Position numbers and translations under genes: made by a program
The notes under the pieces: model-generated
Databases searched by the model: none
What the model was told of the DNA's origin: nothing
What the model saw: the letters and a program-made list of their open reading frames with translations, nothing else
DNA from: Candidatus Kuenenia stuttgartensis
GTDB lineage: Bacteria; Planctomycetota; Brocadiia; Brocadiales; Brocadiaceae
Assembly: GCF_900232105.1 (NCBI RefSeq)
Contig: NZ_LT934425.1
Coordinates: forward strand, 2,430,001-2,462,000
DNA: 32,000 nucleotides
Direction: 5' to 3'
Part shown: piece by piece, positions 27,996-32,000 of the stretch
Numbering within the stretch: the stretch's first letter is position 1
How the letters are laid out: the number at the start of each line of letters is the position of its first letter

Positions 27996-28294
27996 GTAAC
28001 ACTTTAGTTTTTTGAAAAATGTATTACCTATAAGCTCCGTAGGAGCAGCCTGTTTGTAGCAAAATAGAATATTATAACAGATCGCAGAGACAGGCTTGAA
28101 ACCTGTCTCTGCAATTAGGAGCGACCTGTCTCTTGTAAAAATCCATATAAACAGGTCTACCTGAATACGGACAGGCCGCTCCTACGGAGCTATTTACCCT
28201 ATTGAATTTTATCGTGCTACAAACAGACCGCCCCTGACGGGGCTACATGATATTTTTTCTATCACGGGAATTTTTCAAAAAACTAAAGTGTTAC
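27996..28294. repeat. Copy C of the ~0.3 kb TIR-bounded dispersed element, inverted relative to A and B
   Basis: Perfect 25-bp TIRs (27996-28020, 28270-28294) and perfect 9-bp direct repeat aaatttttg (27987-27995, 28295-28303). Confidence 0.9.
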
Positions 28295-28368
28295 AAATTT
28301 TTGGATAATTTTCGAAACCTAACATAGCGCCAAAGTATAATTTTTTGTAACATGAGTAAGACAGATAA

Positions 28369-30145
<1,777 letters not shown>

Positions 30146-30149
<4 letters not shown>

Positions 30150-30427
30150 TGGAAGATAAAAAATTTTCAATGGATATAGAGAGATCTGCGAAAGAACTAC
30201 TGAGTGCCCGAAAGGAGAAATCAAACTTCTGGCGCTATGCCAATGTTCTTGGCGTTGGTGGATGGACTTTCGTTATCCCGGTAGTTGGAGGGGCTTATCT
30301 GGGAAGGTATCTGGACAAAAAAATACACGGGGAAGGCATTTCGTGGACAATAACACTTCTTATGATTGGCATAGCCGTTGGTGTTTATAATGTCTGGTAT
30401 TTGTTCGTTAGGAAACATCGGCAATGA
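30146..30427 (+). CDS. atpQ: AtpI/AtpQ-like two-TM subunit
   Basis: NFWRYANVLGVGGWTFVIPVVGGAYLGRYLDKK...TITLLMIGIAVGVYNVW between atpC and atpB. Confidence 0.75.
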
Positions 30428-31089
30428 AGGTATTTAATGTTTTTCCGGAAACAATTTTTTCAATTGGTCGTGTTCAGGTTACAGACACAGTTACTACCAC
30501 ATGGTTTGTCATGGCGGCTATAATAACAATCTGCTATCTTTCTACAAGGAAACTCTCCATAAAGCCATCCTTTTTCCAGGAGGTGTTAGAGGCTATCTTT
30601 GAGTTCATGGAAAAAACGATAAAAGATGTCCTGCCATTGAATCCGTGGCTGGTTGTTCCTATATTGGGTACCATTTGGATACTTATTGGTTTCTCCAATA
30701 TGGCCGGTCTGATACCAGGATTGAAGACGCCTACCGCAGACCTCAATACAACCCTTGCGTTTGCGTTAATATCTTTTTCCATGACTCACGTTATTGGTAT
30801 TGCAACACAAGGGTTTAAAGGATATCTTTTACACTATAAAGAACCAACATGGATATTGCTCCCGTTCCACCTTATAGCAGAGGTTACAAGAACGGTTGCG
30901 CTTGCCGTAAGGCTTTTTGGGAATATGTTAAGCGGCGATATGATTGCCATAATACTTCTCGGTATCGTTGGGTTGCTGGTACCGATTCCGTTTAGCCTGC
31001 TCCACATAATTATTGGTATTATACAGGCATATATATTTGGTGTTTTAACGCTTGTATTTATAGCCGGTGGCATTAAAACAAAATCTTAA
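30424..31089 (+). CDS. atpB: ATPase subunit a
   Basis: NPWLVVPILGTIWILIGFSNMAGLIPGLKTPTADLNTT, VTRTVALAVRLFGNMLSGDM (conserved Arg), LLHIIIGIIQAYIFGVLTLVFIAGG. Confidence 0.95.
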   Translation: MKVFNVFPETIFSIGRVQVTDTVTTTWFVMAAIITICYLSTRKLSIKPSFFQEVLEAIFEFMEKTIKDVLPLNPWLVVPILGTIWILIGFSNMAGLIPGLKTPTADLNTTLAFALISFSMTHVIGIATQGFKGYLLHYKEPTWILLPFHLIAEVTRTVALAVRLFGNMLSGDMIAIILLGIVGLLVPIPFSLLHIIIGIIQAYIFGVLTLVFIAGGIKTKS

Positions 31090-31101
31090 TAGGAGGCTTA
31101 T

Positions 31102-31368
31102 ATGGACGCCAAAACCGTAGTTATTTCTGTTTCGATACTGGCAGCGGCCTTTGTAATGGCTATCGGTGGTTACGGGCCGGCAAAAGCGCTTGGAAATGCC
31201 CTTACCGAGGCCCTTGACGCCACAGCAAGACAGCCTGAGGCGTCCGACAAAATTATGAGGGTGCTTTTTGTCGGAATGGCGCTGATTGAATCCATTGCCA
31301 TATACGCATTTGTTATCGCTTTGATTGTCCTTTTTGCAAATCCTCTTATCGGGTATATTTTAAAATGA
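31102..31368 (+). CDS. atpE: ATPase subunit c
   Basis: Two-helix protein with ARQPEA loop and ES in helix 2 (GMALIESIAIYAFVIALIVLFANP). Confidence 0.95.
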   Translation: MDAKTVVISVSILAAAFVMAIGGYGPAKALGNALTEALDATARQPEASDKIMRVLFVGMALIESIAIYAFVIALIVLFANPLIGYILK

Positions 31369-32000
31369 AATTCAATATCTGGACACTTTTATTTCAGATA
31401 ATAAACTTTGTTGTTTTGCTCTATATCCTTAGAAGGATACTGTACAAGCCCATACGTGAAATTATTGAAAAACGAAGAGGGCTTATAGCAAAAACGGTAG
31501 AGGATGCCGAAAAGACAAAGAAAGAGGCGCTGGAACTTAAGGAAAAAAACCAGAAAGAATTGAACAAGGTAAAGGAACTTCAAAGCCAAATGCTCGAACA
31601 GACGAGGGAAGAAGCCCTTAAAGACAGGAGTAAGTTACTCGATGAGGCAAATAAAGAGGCTGCCAAGATAAACGAAAAAGAAAAGGCTTTGATTGATGCA
31701 GAAAAAATAAGGATAGAATTAGAACTGAAAAATAAGACCCTTGAGATGGTCTCTGTTTTCGCTTCAAATCTTTTAAAAGACATTTCAGACGAAGAGCTTC
31801 ATAGGTCTATATTTAGAAAGCTCTTGAAGGAGAACGGGAAAATTGTTTCTGATATTTCCAAAATAAAAGGAAAAGAGGAGATATTAAATATAGAACTCTT
31901 TACCGCATACCCATTACCTCTGGATGATGTAAAAACATTTAAAGAAACACTTGAATCACAGCTTGCAAAAAAAGTAAAAATGAATACGACCATTGATGAG
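31365..32000 (+). CDS. atpF: ATPase subunit b with delta-like C-terminal region (3' end outside window; not in ORF track)
   Basis: Open frame MKFNIWTLLFQIINFVVLLYILRRILYKPIREIIEKRRGLI...KIKGKEEILNIELFTAYPLPLDDVKTFKETLESQLAKKVKMNTTIDE to the window edge; ATGA overlap with atpE. Confidence 0.88.
   Translation, partial: MKFNIWTLLFQIINFVVLLYILRRILYKPIREIIEKRRGLIAKTVEDAEKTKKEALELKEKNQKELNKVKELQSQMLEQTREEALKDRSKLLDEANKEAAKINEKEKALIDAEKIRIELELKNKTLEMVSVFASNLLKDISDEELHRSIFRKLLKENGKIVSDISKIKGKEEILNIELFTAYPLPLDDVKTFKETLESQLAKKVKMNTTIDE

Overview
The gene content (folate/C1 enzyme, multiple c-type cytochromes, N-ATPase-type operon, eukaryote-like UDPGP pyrophosphorylase) suggests an anammox-like planctomycete chromosome; this host assignment is inference. 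Supported genes include a molybdopterin oxidoreductase, GT2 glycosyltransferase, MEMO-family protein, UDPGP-family pyrophosphorylase, MBL hydrolase, TMTC/TPR membrane protein, metF, ferritin-like protein, gdhA, cysteine dioxygenase, SDR, di-heme membrane cytochrome, pfkA, superoxide-reductase-like protein, a 58-aa ferredoxin missing from the ORF track, two sHSPs, dprA, aroB, and the start of an N-ATPase-like operon (atpD-atpC-atpQ-atpB-atpE-atpF; no atpR visible). Two different CAT-anticodon tRNAs are present. The most interesting items are: (1) an unassigned 518-aa ORF (2591-4147) that looks like the core of an uncharacterised mobile element, with a 9-bp direct repeat around it and a hairpin over its ribosome-binding site; (2) a family of ~0.3 kb non-coding elements with 25-bp terminal inverted repeats and 8-9 bp target duplications, sitting just upstream of genes; (3) a perfect 36-bp palindrome upstream of the sHSP pair; (4) an N-ATPase-like operon without atpR whose c subunit lacks the helix-1 Na+-ligand glutamine; (5) clustered frameshifts in two c-type cytochromes and dprA. 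No CRISPR array and no recognisable defence system were found.
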